64,000 nucleotides of DNA from Saprospiraceae bacterium (lineage in GTDB: Bacteria; Bacteroidota; Bacteroidia; Chitinophagales; Saprospiraceae). The stretch is taken from positions 58,601 to 122,600 of the forward strand of contig JBAQQB010000197.1 in the NCBI GenBank assembly GCA_049306275.1, written 5' to 3'. Positions 1-9,101 of the stretch are shown here, in pieces; positions within the stretch are counted from its first letter, which is position 1; every line of letters begins with the position of its first letter. Position numbers and translations under genes: made by a program. The notes under the pieces are model-generated. The model made no database searches, was not told where the DNA came from, and saw only the letters and a list, made by a program, of their open reading frames with translations.

Positions 1-336
1 TTTACCAATATCACCAACCCGAGGAGCGCTGTGGTGCGCAAGGGGCAATACGCCGTCACCCATGTGGAAAAAGGCGTTTCGATCGGCGCCAACGCTACGG
101 TCGTCTGCGGCCATCGCATCGGCGCCCATGCTTTTATCGGCGCGGGCTCCGTGGTGACAAAAGACGTTCCTGCCTTCGCCCTCATGATGGGCAACCCCGC
201 ACGGCAGGCCGGATGGATGAGCCGGTATGGCCATCGCCTGGCATTCGACGCCCAGAGCAAAGCGACCTGCCCGGAGAGTGGCGAGGTGTATGTGTTGGAA
301 AAAAATCAGGTAAGAATAGAAACCCCGATCATTTAA
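1..336 (+). CDS. Hexapeptide-repeat sugar N-acetyltransferase (WbpD/WlbB-like), C-terminal part; 5' end outside window
   Basis: Frame 1 is open from base 1; the listed ORF 31..336 only begins at an internal GTG. GVSIGANATVVCGHRIGAHAFIGAGSVVTKDVPAFALMMGNPARQAGWMSRYG is a left-handed beta-helix acyltransferase C-terminus. A UDP-hexosamine dehydrogenase gene follows 13 nt later. Confidence 0.8.
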   Translation, partial: FTNITNPRSAVVRKGQYAVTHVEKGVSIGANATVVCGHRIGAHAFIGAGSVVTKDVPAFALMMGNPARQAGWMSRYGHRLAFDAQSKATCPESGEVYVLEKNQVRIETPII

Positions 337-349
337 TAAACCGAATCCC

Positions 350-1642
350 GTGTACAAGCAACTGACTACCAAGGAAAAAAGAATCGCCGTTATCGGACTG
401 GGCTATGTAGGCCTGCCGCTGGCCCTTGAATTTGCAAAAAAGTTCAGCGTAATCGGCTTCGACATTAGTCCGGAGCGCGTCGAGATGATGAAACAGGGCA
501 TAGACCCCTCCAACGAACTCGCCCCGGAAGCTTTTCTCGACAAAGACATGTTTTATACCGCCGACCCGGCCGACCTGAAAAAGGCCCACTTTTTTATCGT
601 GGCGGTGCCTACGCCGGTCGATGAGCACAAGGTGCCCAATCTCAAACCCCTGTACTCGGCTTCCGAAACGGTGGGCAAGTACCTGAAAAAGGGCGACTAC
701 GTCGTCTACGAATCGACTGTATATCCGGGTTGTACGGAAGAAGATTGCCTCCCAATCCTCGAAGAGTTTTCCGGCTTAAAAGCAGGGATTGATTTCAAAT
801 ACGGCTACTCACCTGAACGAATCAACCCGGGCGACAAAGAGCGCACTGTGGAGAAAATCCTGAAAGTCGTGTCGGGCAACGACAACGAAGCCCTGGAAGA
901 AGTAGCGCAGATTTACGGCGCCATCATCGAGGCTGGGGTATACAAGGCCGCCTCCGTTAAAGTCGCCGAAGCGGCGAAGGTAATCGAGAATACCCAACGC
1001 GACCTGAACATCTCCTTCATGAACGAACTGTCGATTATCTTCGACAGAATGGGCATCGATACCAAAGACGTGCTGGAGGCAGCTTCCACGAAGTGGAACT
1101 TCATGAGGTTTTCGCCCGGCCTGGTGGGCGGCCATTGCATCAGCGTGGATCCATACTACCTGCTGCACAAGTCCAAGCAACTGGGCTACGACCCACAGGT
1201 CATCCTGAGCGGACGCCGGATCAACGACGGTATGCCGGCTTTCATCGCCAAGCGGCTGGTGCAGATGCTCATCCAGAAAGGTAAAGGCCCCGGGCAATCG
1301 AAAGTGCTGGTCATGGGCGTCACCTTCAAGGAAAACGTTTCCGATATCCGGAATTCAAAAGTGGTAGACCTCGTGCAGGAACTGATGCAGTATTCCGTAA
1401 ATGTGCATGTGACCGACGGGCACGCTTCGCCCAACGAAGTGGCTCACGAGTACAAGCTCACGTTGATCGACAATATTTCCAATGATTACGATGCCGTGAT
1501 CGTTGCTGTCAACCACGATGAATACAAAGGAAAAGACCAGCAATTTTTCAGGTCGATCATGCGGGAACAGCCTATATTGATGGATTTGAAAGCCATTTAT
1601 AACTACGAGACGTCCAATGATTTCACGTACTGGAGGTTATGA
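350..1642 (+). CDS. UDP-N-acetylhexosamine 6-dehydrogenase (nucleotide-sugar dehydrogenase, TviB/WbpA/WbpO-like)
   Basis: 430 aa, GTG start. Rossmann motif IAVIGLGYVGLPLA and catalytic-Cys motif GLVGGHCISVDPYYL; full-length UDP-glucose/GDP-mannose dehydrogenase family layout. Confidence 0.88.
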   Translation: MYKQLTTKEKRIAVIGLGYVGLPLALEFAKKFSVIGFDISPERVEMMKQGIDPSNELAPEAFLDKDMFYTADPADLKKAHFFIVAVPTPVDEHKVPNLKPLYSASETVGKYLKKGDYVVYESTVYPGCTEEDCLPILEEFSGLKAGIDFKYGYSPERINPGDKERTVEKILKVVSGNDNEALEEVAQIYGAIIEAGVYKAASVKVAEAAKVIENTQRDLNISFMNELSIIFDRMGIDTKDVLEAASTKWNFMRFSPGLVGGHCISVDPYYLLHKSKQLGYDPQVILSGRRINDGMPAFIAKRLVQMLIQKGKGPGQSKVLVMGVTFKENVSDIRNSKVVDLVQELMQYSVNVHVTDGHASPNEVAHEYKLTLIDNISNDYDAVIVAVNHDEYKGKDQQFFRSIMREQPILMDLKAIYNYETSNDFTYWRL

Positions 1643-2199
1643 GCAAAGCGGAATTTGTGAATCAACTGGATGCCGATGAACCCCGCTGGTTTGCCATCTA
1701 TACCCGCTACAAATGCGAGAAAATGGCTTTCCAGCAGTTGGTCAAGAAAGGCGTTGCGGTATACCTGCCCCTGCAAAAGCACACCCGCAGGTATACGCGC
1801 AAGATCCGCATCGTGGAACTCCCGCTGATCAGCTGTTACCTCTTTGTCAAGATCACCAAGGCCGACTACGTCAAGGTGCTGGAAACAGAGAACGTGCAAG
1901 GCTTCGTGCGATTTTCCCAAAACCTGATCTCCATCCCTGAGCACGAGATCAACATGATGAAGCGAATTTTGGGCGAAGGTTGGGAAGTGCAAGCGGAAAA
2001 AACCACCTTTGTGGCTGGCGACGAAGTGGAAATCGCCGTCGGCAACCTGATGGGCATGAAAGGGGTTCTGGTAGAAGCAGAAGAGAATAAAACCCAGGTG
2101 CTGGTAGAGCTGGAGCGGCTGGGTTACACCCTGAGAATTTCTGTCGACAAGTCAATACTGATGAAGACGGGTATCGTCAGGCAAAAACAAGATCCTTGA
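1639..2199 (+). CDS. UpxY-family (NusG-like) transcription antiterminator
   Basis: 186 aa. NGN-like N-terminus RWFAIYTRYKCEKMAFQQL...YLPL and C-terminal KOW-like GDEVEIAVGNLMGMKGVLVE. Its ATG overlaps the dehydrogenase stop (ATGA). Confidence 0.8.
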   Translation: MSKAEFVNQLDADEPRWFAIYTRYKCEKMAFQQLVKKGVAVYLPLQKHTRRYTRKIRIVELPLISCYLFVKITKADYVKVLETENVQGFVRFSQNLISIPEHEINMMKRILGEGWEVQAEKTTFVAGDEVEIAVGNLMGMKGVLVEAEENKTQVLVELERLGYTLRISVDKSILMKTGIVRQKQDP

Positions 2200-2810
2200 G
2201 CGAAAGGCACATTCATCCTATCTTTGACAAACTCCTTCAAAGGGAGGAGCGTGAACGGCGCCTTGGCCAGCGTAGCAAGGTGGTCTGGCTCACCGGTCTT
2301 TCCGGTTCAGGGAAAAGCACCATCGCCCTTCGCCTGGAGCGTTTGCTTTTCGAAAACGGCTACTTCGCCCAGGTGCTCGACGGCGACAATATCCGCTCGG
2401 GGATCAACAACAACCTGAGCTTCAGTATCGAAGACCGGCAGGAAAACATCCGCCGCATCGCTGAAATCTCGCGTCTTTACCTCCACAGCGGGATCATCAC
2501 CATCAACTGTTTCATCAGCCCGACGCGTGAGATCCGGGAGTTCGCAAAACAGATCATTGGGGCGGATGATTTCCTGGAAGTCTACATCAACGCGCCTCTG
2601 GATGTCTGCGAAAACCGCGATGTCAAAGGGTTATACCAAAAAGCCAGAAGAGGAGAGATCAAGGAGTTTACGGGCATCGACTCGCCTTACGAGCCCCCGC
2701 TGCAACCGGCGCTGGAGATCAGGACCGACCTGCTGGGCATTGAAGAGGCGGCGGAAAGCCTGTACCGCTTTTTGCTCCCCCACATTGCACAGGAACACAC
2801 CATTGTTTGA
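2196..2810 (+). CDS. cysC: Adenylyl-sulfate (APS) kinase
   Basis: 204 aa with P-loop VVWLTGLSGSGKSTIA and APS-kinase core. TTG start overlaps the upxY stop (TTGA). Confidence 0.9.
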   Translation: MSERHIHPIFDKLLQREERERRLGQRSKVVWLTGLSGSGKSTIALRLERLLFENGYFAQVLDGDNIRSGINNNLSFSIEDRQENIRRIAEISRLYLHSGIITINCFISPTREIREFAKQIIGADDFLEVYINAPLDVCENRDVKGLYQKARRGEIKEFTGIDSPYEPPLQPALEIRTDLLGIEEAAESLYRFLLPHIAQEHTIV

Positions 2811-2813
2811 CCT

Positions 2814-3716
2814 ATGAAATACCATTTAAACCACCTGAAGGAACTCGAGGCGGAATCCATTTTCGTCATTCGCGAGGTGGTCGCCCAATTTGAGCGGCCG
2901 GTCCTGCTGTTTTCCGGCGGTAAAGACTCCATCCTGCTGACCTGGCTGGCGCAGAAAGCCTTTCATCCGGCACGAATTCCCTTTCCCCTGCTGCATATCG
3001 ACACAGGACACAACTTCCCCGAAACCCTGACCTACCGCGATCAGCTGGTGGCTAAGCTCGGCGTGAAACTCCTCATCGGCTCCGTCCAGGAAGCGATCGA
3101 CAAGGGCCTTGTCGTCGAAGAAAAGGGCTACAACGCCAGCCGCAACAATATCCAGACCCAAACCTTGCTCGAAGCCCTGGAGCGTGGCAAATTCGACGCC
3201 GCCATGGGAGGCGGCCGCCGCGACGAGGAAAAGGCCCGCGCCAAAGAGCGCTTCTTCTCCCACCGCGACGAATTCGGGCAATGGGACCCCAAAAACCAGC
3301 GGCCCGAACTCTGGAACCTCTTCAACGGAAAAAAACACATCGGCGAGCACTTCCGCGTTTTCCCCATCAGCAACTGGACCGAACTCGACGTCTGGCAGTA
3401 CCTGCTCATGGAAAAAGTCGAGCTCCCGTCCCTCTACTTCACCCACCATCGCGACTGCTTCGTGCGCGACGGTGTCATCTACGCCGACTCCGAATACATC
3501 CGCAAGAAACCCGATGAGCGGGTCCAAAGCATGCAGATCCGCTTCCGCACCATCGGCGACATGACCTGCACCGGCGCCACCCTCTCCGACGCCGACACCC
3601 TCGAAAAGGTCGTGCAGGAAGTAGCCACCTCCCGCTACACCGAGCGCGGCACCCGCGCCGACGACAAGCGCTCCGAAACGGCGATGGAGGACAGGAAGAA
3701 GCAAGGATATTTCTAA
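2814..3716 (+). CDS. cysD: Sulfate adenylyltransferase subunit 2
   Basis: 300 aa with PP-loop LLFSGGKDSILL; CysD-typical C-terminus ...RAKERFFSHRDEFGQWDPKNQRPELW...EDRKKQGYF. Confidence 0.95.
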   Translation: MKYHLNHLKELEAESIFVIREVVAQFERPVLLFSGGKDSILLTWLAQKAFHPARIPFPLLHIDTGHNFPETLTYRDQLVAKLGVKLLIGSVQEAIDKGLVVEEKGYNASRNNIQTQTLLEALERGKFDAAMGGGRRDEEKARAKERFFSHRDEFGQWDPKNQRPELWNLFNGKKHIGEHFRVFPISNWTELDVWQYLLMEKVELPSLYFTHHRDCFVRDGVIYADSEYIRKKPDERVQSMQIRFRTIGDMTCTGATLSDADTLEKVVQEVATSRYTERGTRADDKRSETAMEDRKKQGYF

Positions 3717-3733
3717 GAGTTTATAAGTTTATG

Positions 3734-3767
3734 AGGGTATGAGTTTTTGAAGAAAAACTCATACCCT
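3734..3767 (+). repeat. Perfect 15-bp stem / 4-nt loop hairpin between cysD and cysN
   Basis: AGGGTATGAGTTTTT (3734-3748), loop GAAG, AAAAACTCATACCCT (3753-3767). Flanked by related words (GTTTATAAGTTTATGAG ... AAAAACTCAAAAACT). Confidence 0.85.
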
Positions 3768-3790
3768 TAAAAACTCAAAAACTATTAAAG

Positions 3791-5056
3791 ATGAACGAAA
3801 TCAATTATACCGACATGGAACTCCTGCGCTTCACCACAGCAGGAAGCGTGGACGACGGAAAGAGCACCCTCATCGGAAGGTTGCTGTACGATAGCAAGTC
3901 CATTCTGGAAGACCAATATGAAGCGGTGAAACTGAGCAGTGAGCGCAGGGGCGAAACCGAGGTCAACCTGGCCCTGCTGACCGACGGCCTCAAGGCGGAG
4001 CGTGAGCAGGGCATCACCATCGATGTGGCCTACCGCTATTTTTCCACCCCGAAGCGCAAGTTCATCATCGCAGATACGCCAGGTCATATCCAGTACACCC
4101 GCAATATGGTGACCGGCGCATCCACGGCCAACGTCGCGCTCATTCTGGTGGATGCGCGGCAAGGGGTGGTGGAGCAGACCCGCCGTCACGCCATCATCGC
4201 GTCCCTGCTCCAGATTCCACACATGGTGGTCTGCATCAACAAGATGGACCTGGTGAATTACGACGAGGAGAGATATGAGCAGATCCGCTACGAGTTCGAA
4301 AGCTTTGCTTCCAAGCTCGACGTGCACGACATTTCTTTTGTGCCTATCTCCGCCCTGCGCGGCGACAATGTGGTAGATCGCTCCGCCAACATGACCTGGT
4401 ATCAGGGCCCCACCCTGATGTACTACCTCGAAAACGTGCACATTGCCAGCGACCACAACTTCATCGACTGCCGCTTCCCTGTGCAGCTGGTGATCCGGCC
4501 CAATACCGACGACTACCACGACTACCGGGGTTATTCCGGACGGGTGGCAGGCGGAATTTTCAAGAAGGGCGACAAGGTGATGTTGCTGCCCAGCGGGTTC
4601 GCGTCCACCATTTCCCGCATCGAAACCTACGACGGTGAGGTGATGGAAGCCTTCCCGCCCATGTCGGTGACCATTTTGCTCGAAAACGACATCGACATCA
4701 GCCGTGGCGATATGATCGTCAGGGAAAACAACATCCCCGAAATCACCCAGGATGTGGACGTGATGATCTGCTGGTTCAACGAGCGGCCGCTGCAACTGAA
4801 CGGGAAATACGCCCTTCGCCACACGACCCAGGAAATGCGCTGCGTGGTGAAAGATATTCGCTATAAATTGGACATCAACACATTGCATAGAAATCTGGTG
4901 GACAAGGAGATCAAGATGAACGACATTGCGCGGATTGCTCTCCGTACTACCAAACCCATTTTCGCCGATTCATACCGCAAGAACCGCATAACCGGGAGCC
5001 TGATCCTGGTCGATGAAGGGACGAACGAAACGGTCGGAGCCGGTATGATCATTTAA
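3791..5056 (+). CDS. cysN: Sulfate adenylyltransferase subunit 1 (GTPase)
   Basis: 421 aa. G1 GSVDDGKST, G3 DTPGH, G4 NKMD. No fused APS-kinase domain. Confidence 0.95.
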   Translation: MNEINYTDMELLRFTTAGSVDDGKSTLIGRLLYDSKSILEDQYEAVKLSSERRGETEVNLALLTDGLKAEREQGITIDVAYRYFSTPKRKFIIADTPGHIQYTRNMVTGASTANVALILVDARQGVVEQTRRHAIIASLLQIPHMVVCINKMDLVNYDEERYEQIRYEFESFASKLDVHDISFVPISALRGDNVVDRSANMTWYQGPTLMYYLENVHIASDHNFIDCRFPVQLVIRPNTDDYHDYRGYSGRVAGGIFKKGDKVMLLPSGFASTISRIETYDGEVMEAFPPMSVTILLENDIDISRGDMIVRENNIPEITQDVDVMICWFNERPLQLNGKYALRHTTQEMRCVVKDIRYKLDINTLHRNLVDKEIKMNDIARIALRTTKPIFADSYRKNRITGSLILVDEGTNETVGAGMII

Positions 5057-5065
5057 CAGCCAACT

Positions 5066-6109
5066 ATGAGGATACTGATCACGGGCGCCGCCGGATTCAT
5101 CGGATATCATTTTGCGGAAAAACTCCTCCGGCAAACCGGCTGGGATGTGGTGGGGATCGACAACCTCAACGATTACTACGATCCTGCGCTGAAAGCCGCC
5201 CGCCTGCGCAATCTGGGCATTTCCGATCCGCATCACCGGCAGCTCAGCACGGTGCATCCCCGCTTTCGCTTTTTTCACATGGATGTGGAAAAGGGAGAGG
5301 AAATCGACCAGTTGTTCGCGGAATTCCGTTTCGACGTTTGCGTACATCTCGCCGCCCAGGCCGGGGTACGCTACAGCCTCGACCATCCGAAGCCCTATGT
5401 GCAGACCAACGTCGCAGGTTTCCTGAACATCCTGGAAGCCGCCCGGCGTCGCAGCCTGAAGCATCTGGTCTATGCCAGCAGTTCCAGTGTGTACGGGCAG
5501 AATAAAAAAACGCCCTTCTCGCCTTCCGATGCGGTCGATCACCCCGTGAGTTTGTACGCGGCGACCAAACGTGCCAACGAGCTCATGGCGCATACCTACA
5601 GCCATTTGTTCGGCATACCCACCACCGGCCTGCGGTTTTTTACCGTCTATGGTCCAATGGGCAGGCCGGATATGGCCTACTTCCAGTTCACCAAGAGCAT
5701 TTTGGAAGGGAAGCCCATCAAGGTTTTCAACCATGGGCAGATGCGGCGGGATTTTACCTATATCGACGATATCACCGAAGCGATGTTCCGGCTCGTCGGC
5801 AAGCCGCCCATCGGATTTTACGACCCTTTGGCAGACGGCATGGCGCCCGATCAATCAGACGCGCCTTTCGCCATTTACAACATAGGCAACCACCAGCCCG
5901 TCCGTTTGCTCCACTTCATCCGTATCATTGAGGAGGCTCTCGGGAAAAAGGCGGAGATCGAATTCCAGCCCATGCAGCCCGGCGACCTGGAAGAAACCTA
6001 CGCCGATATCAGCGGATTGCAGGATCTCGTGGGGTTTCATCCATCCACCCCCCTGGAGGAAGGCCTTCCCCGGTTTGTGGAATGGTTCCGCTCGTTTTAT
6101 AACCAGTAA
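5066..6109 (+). CDS. NAD-dependent nucleotide-sugar 4-epimerase (UDP-glucuronate / UDP-GlcNAcA 4-epimerase-like SDR; TviC/Cap1J-like)
   Basis: 347 aa. ILITGAAGFIGYH Rossmann motif, DNLNDYYDPALK, catalytic YAATK (YxxxK). Confidence 0.85.
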   Translation: MRILITGAAGFIGYHFAEKLLRQTGWDVVGIDNLNDYYDPALKAARLRNLGISDPHHRQLSTVHPRFRFFHMDVEKGEEIDQLFAEFRFDVCVHLAAQAGVRYSLDHPKPYVQTNVAGFLNILEAARRRSLKHLVYASSSSVYGQNKKTPFSPSDAVDHPVSLYAATKRANELMAHTYSHLFGIPTTGLRFFTVYGPMGRPDMAYFQFTKSILEGKPIKVFNHGQMRRDFTYIDDITEAMFRLVGKPPIGFYDPLADGMAPDQSDAPFAIYNIGNHQPVRLLHFIRIIEEALGKKAEIEFQPMQPGDLEETYADISGLQDLVGFHPSTPLEEGLPRFVEWFRSFYNQ

Positions 6110-6118
6110 TGCCTGCGC

Positions 6119-7213
6119 ATGAAAATCCTGAATGTGGTTGGCGCCCGTCCCAATTTCATGAAGGTGGCACCCTTGCACAGGGCTTTTTCCAGCCGGAGCG
6201 GCGTGGTCTCAAAAATTGTGCACACAGGGCAGCACTATGATGACCGGATGAGCGACATCTTTTTCAGGCAGTTGGATCTTCCCCAGCCTGATTTTTTTCT
6301 TGGCGTGAGCGGCGGAACACAAACACAGCAAATAGCCAGGATCATGCTGGCCTTTGAGCAGGTGCTGGCACAGGAACGCCCCGACCGCGTGGTGGTGGTG
6401 GGCGATGTGAATTCCACCCTGGCCTGCGCCCTCGCTGCCGCTCAATCCGGCGTGCCGGTGGCCCACGTGGAAGCCGGCCTGCGCAGCGGCGACCCGGAGA
6501 TGCCCGAAGAGATCAACCGCATCCTGACCGACCGCCTTTCCGATCACCTATTCGTCACCGAACAGGCCGGGACGGACAACCTGCTCAAGGAGGGTATTCC
6601 CCAGGAAAGAATACACCTGGTGGGCAATGTCATGATCGATACCCTGGTTTCAAACGTAGAAAAAGCGCGGAGGCTCGGCAACCTGCGGGCGCTGGACCTG
6701 GACCCCGGCCATTACGCGCTCATGACCATGCACCGCCCCTCAAACGTCGACCGCCTGGAAGGTTTGCTGGCGATTACGGCGATCATGGAGAAAGTGGCTG
6801 CGCATCACCCCATTGTCTTTCCAGTTCATCCCCACACCAAAAAGCGTGCTCTGGAGCAGGGGCTTTGGGAGAAATGGCGCAATATCGCAGGACTGACGCT
6901 GCTGGAGCCCCAAGGGTACCTGGAATTCCTCAACCTCTTGCTGCATGCTTTTCTGGTCATTACCGACTCGGGAGGCGTTCAGGAGGAAACCACTTACCTC
7001 GGCGTGCCCTGTTTTACATTTCGAAAAACGACAGAACGCCCGGTCACGGTGACCCTTGGCGCCAACGAGCTGTTCAGGGAACTGGACCCGGAAAAAGTGT
7101 ACGCGCGGTTTCTGGAATTACTCGCCGGCAAGGGCAAACAGAGCGCCATCCCGCCGCTTTGGGACGGAAAGGCCGCTGATCGGATCGCTTCGATTTTGCT
7201 GGGCGAAGAGTGA
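6119..7213 (+). CDS. wecB: UDP-N-acetylglucosamine 2-epimerase (non-hydrolysing; WecB/WbpI-like)
   Basis: 364 aa. KILNVVGARPNFMKVAP, HVEAGLRSGD, ITDSGGVQEE motifs. Confidence 0.9.
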   Translation: MKILNVVGARPNFMKVAPLHRAFSSRSGVVSKIVHTGQHYDDRMSDIFFRQLDLPQPDFFLGVSGGTQTQQIARIMLAFEQVLAQERPDRVVVVGDVNSTLACALAAAQSGVPVAHVEAGLRSGDPEMPEEINRILTDRLSDHLFVTEQAGTDNLLKEGIPQERIHLVGNVMIDTLVSNVEKARRLGNLRALDLDPGHYALMTMHRPSNVDRLEGLLAITAIMEKVAAHHPIVFPVHPHTKKRALEQGLWEKWRNIAGLTLLEPQGYLEFLNLLLHAFLVITDSGGVQEETTYLGVPCFTFRKTTERPVTVTLGANELFRELDPEKVYARFLELLAGKGKQSAIPPLWDGKAADRIASILLGEE

Positions 7214-7231
7214 TACGTACTTTTACCATTT

Positions 7232-7975
7232 ATGAGCATCTCTATCATAACCGTTTCGTTCAACTGCCGCGACACGCTGCGAGACACCATCGAAAGCGTG
7301 CTGGCGCAGTCTGTCGCGGCCGAGCACATCATCATCGATGGGGGGTCGACCGACGGAACGATTGACATGTTGCGCGGATACGGGAACAAGCTGGCCAAGG
7401 TGGTTTCCGAGCCCGACGAAGGTATCTACGACGCGATGAACAAAGGCATCCGTCTTGCCACCGGCGATGTGATCGGCATCCTGAACGCCGACGATTTTTA
7501 CAGCCATGGGGAGGTGTTGCACAAGGTTTTGTCCGTTTTTTCGGAAAAGGGAGTAGATTCGGCTTATGGAGACCTGGAGTACGTGGATCCCGTGCAGACG
7601 AGCAAGGTGGTGCGCAGCTGGAAAGCCGGAACCTATCAACCCGGCGATTTTTTGCTGGGCTGGATGCCGCCGCATCCGACCTTTTTTGTACGGAAAGCGG
7701 TTTATGAAAAATACGGCCTTTACCGGCCGGATTTTTTCAGTGCGGGCGACTACGAAATGATGCTCCGCCTGATGTATAAACACCGCATCTCTGCGGCATA
7801 CATCCCCGAGGTGTTGGTGCGCATGCGGGCAGGGGGGGTAAGCAACAGCAGCATCCGGCGCAGGCTGGAGGCCAACCGGGAAGACCGGCGGGCCTGGAAG
7901 GTCAACGGCATCCGGGCGCCGTTCTATACGACAATACTCAAGCCGCTCCGCAAGGTCGGCCAGTTTATTAAATAA
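7232..7975 (+). CDS. Glycosyltransferase family 2 (WcaE-like)
   Basis: 247 aa. ISIITVSFNCRDTL, IIIDGGSTDGT and NADD (DxD-type) motifs. Confidence 0.85.
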   Translation: MSISIITVSFNCRDTLRDTIESVLAQSVAAEHIIIDGGSTDGTIDMLRGYGNKLAKVVSEPDEGIYDAMNKGIRLATGDVIGILNADDFYSHGEVLHKVLSVFSEKGVDSAYGDLEYVDPVQTSKVVRSWKAGTYQPGDFLLGWMPPHPTFFVRKAVYEKYGLYRPDFFSAGDYEMMLRLMYKHRISAAYIPEVLVRMRAGGVSNSSIRRRLEANREDRRAWKVNGIRAPFYTTILKPLRKVGQFIK

Positions 7976-7981
7976 TTTTCC

Positions 7982-9094
7982 ATGAAAAAAGCGCTCATCA
8001 CAGGCGTAACGGGGCAGGACGGCGCCTATTTATCCGAATTCCTGCTCAAGAAAGGGTACGAGGTGCACGGCATCAAGCGCCGCAGCTCCTTGTTCAATAC
8101 CGAACGGGTCGATGGGATTTACGAAGACCCCCATATCGACAACCGCCATTTCATTCTGCATTACGGCGACCTCACCGACTCTACCAACCTGATCCGCATT
8201 ATTCAGGAGGTGCAGCCCGACGAGATATACAACCTCGGCGCCATGTCGCACGTAAAGGTGAGCTTTGAAATGCCCGAGTACACCGCCGACGTCGACGCGC
8301 TGGGGGCCCTTCGGCTCCTGGAGGCCATCCGCATACTGGGGCTTTCGAAAAAGACCCGCTACTACCAGGCCTCGACCTCCGAGCTGTACGGCCTGGTGCA
8401 GGAAATACCACAGTCGGAGCGCACGCCTTTCTACCCTCGGTCGCCTTACGCCGTGGCCAAGCTCTACGCCTACTGGATCACGGTCAACTACCGGGAGGCC
8501 TACGGCCTTTTTGCGGCCAATGGCATCCTCTTCAACCACGAAAGCCCGCTGAGAGGCGAGACCTTCGTGACCCGGAAGATCACCCGGGCTGTGGCCAAGA
8601 TCGGGCTGGGACTTCAGGACAAGGTCTTCCTGGGCAATCTCAATGCAGAGCGCGACTGGGGGCATACCAGAGACTTCATCGAAGCCATGTGGCTCATGTT
8701 GCAGCGCGACGAACCCGAAGATTTCGTCATCGCCACCGGCACGAAGGTCACTGTCCGGGAATTTGCCATCAAAGCGTTCCGGGAAATCGGCGTCGAGCTG
8801 GAATTCCGCGGGAGCGGCTCGGAGGAGAAGGGCTTTGTGGCGGCCTCCGCCAACCCTGAATTTTCACTCCCGATTGGCAAGGAAGTGCTGGCGGTCGACC
8901 CCCTCTACTACCGCCCCACCGAAGTGGAACTGCTGATCGGCGACCCTACGAAGGCGAAGGAAAAACTGGGCTGGCAGCCCCGGCATACGCTCGACGACCT
9001 GGTGAAGGAAATGGTCGAGTCCGACATAGCATTGTTCCGGCGCAACCAGTATTTAAAGAATGCCGGCTTCAACATCAAAAACGAATTTGAATAG
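7982..9094 (+). CDS. gmd: GDP-mannose 4,6-dehydratase
   Basis: 370 aa. [37 protein letters not shown]; classic Gmd. Confidence 0.95.
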   Translation: MKKALITGVTGQDGAYLSEFLLKKGYEVHGIKRRSSLFNTERVDGIYEDPHIDNRHFILHYGDLTDSTNLIRIIQEVQPDEIYNLGAMSHVKVSFEMPEYTADVDALGALRLLEAIRILGLSKKTRYYQASTSELYGLVQEIPQSERTPFYPRSPYAVAKLYAYWITVNYREAYGLFAANGILFNHESPLRGETFVTRKITRAVAKIGLGLQDKVFLGNLNAERDWGHTRDFIEAMWLMLQRDEPEDFVIATGTKVTVREFAIKAFREIGVELEFRGSGSEEKGFVAASANPEFSLPIGKEVLAVDPLYYRPTEVELLIGDPTKAKEKLGWQPRHTLDDLVKEMVESDIALFRRNQYLKNAGFNIKNEFE

Positions 9095-9101
9095 ACAAGA
9101 T

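Noticed and set aside
3717-3790. Riboswitch or T-box in the cysD|cysN spacer
   Set aside because: It is a single simple stem-loop with no multi-helix architecture or conserved riboswitch core. It is better grouped with the word-repeat hairpins.
3785-4888. 367-aa ORF on the minus strand
   Set aside because: It is fully antisense to cysN, whose GTPase motifs are unambiguous. The product is His/Val/Gly-rich with no recognisable domain, the usual shadow ORF of a high-GC coding region.
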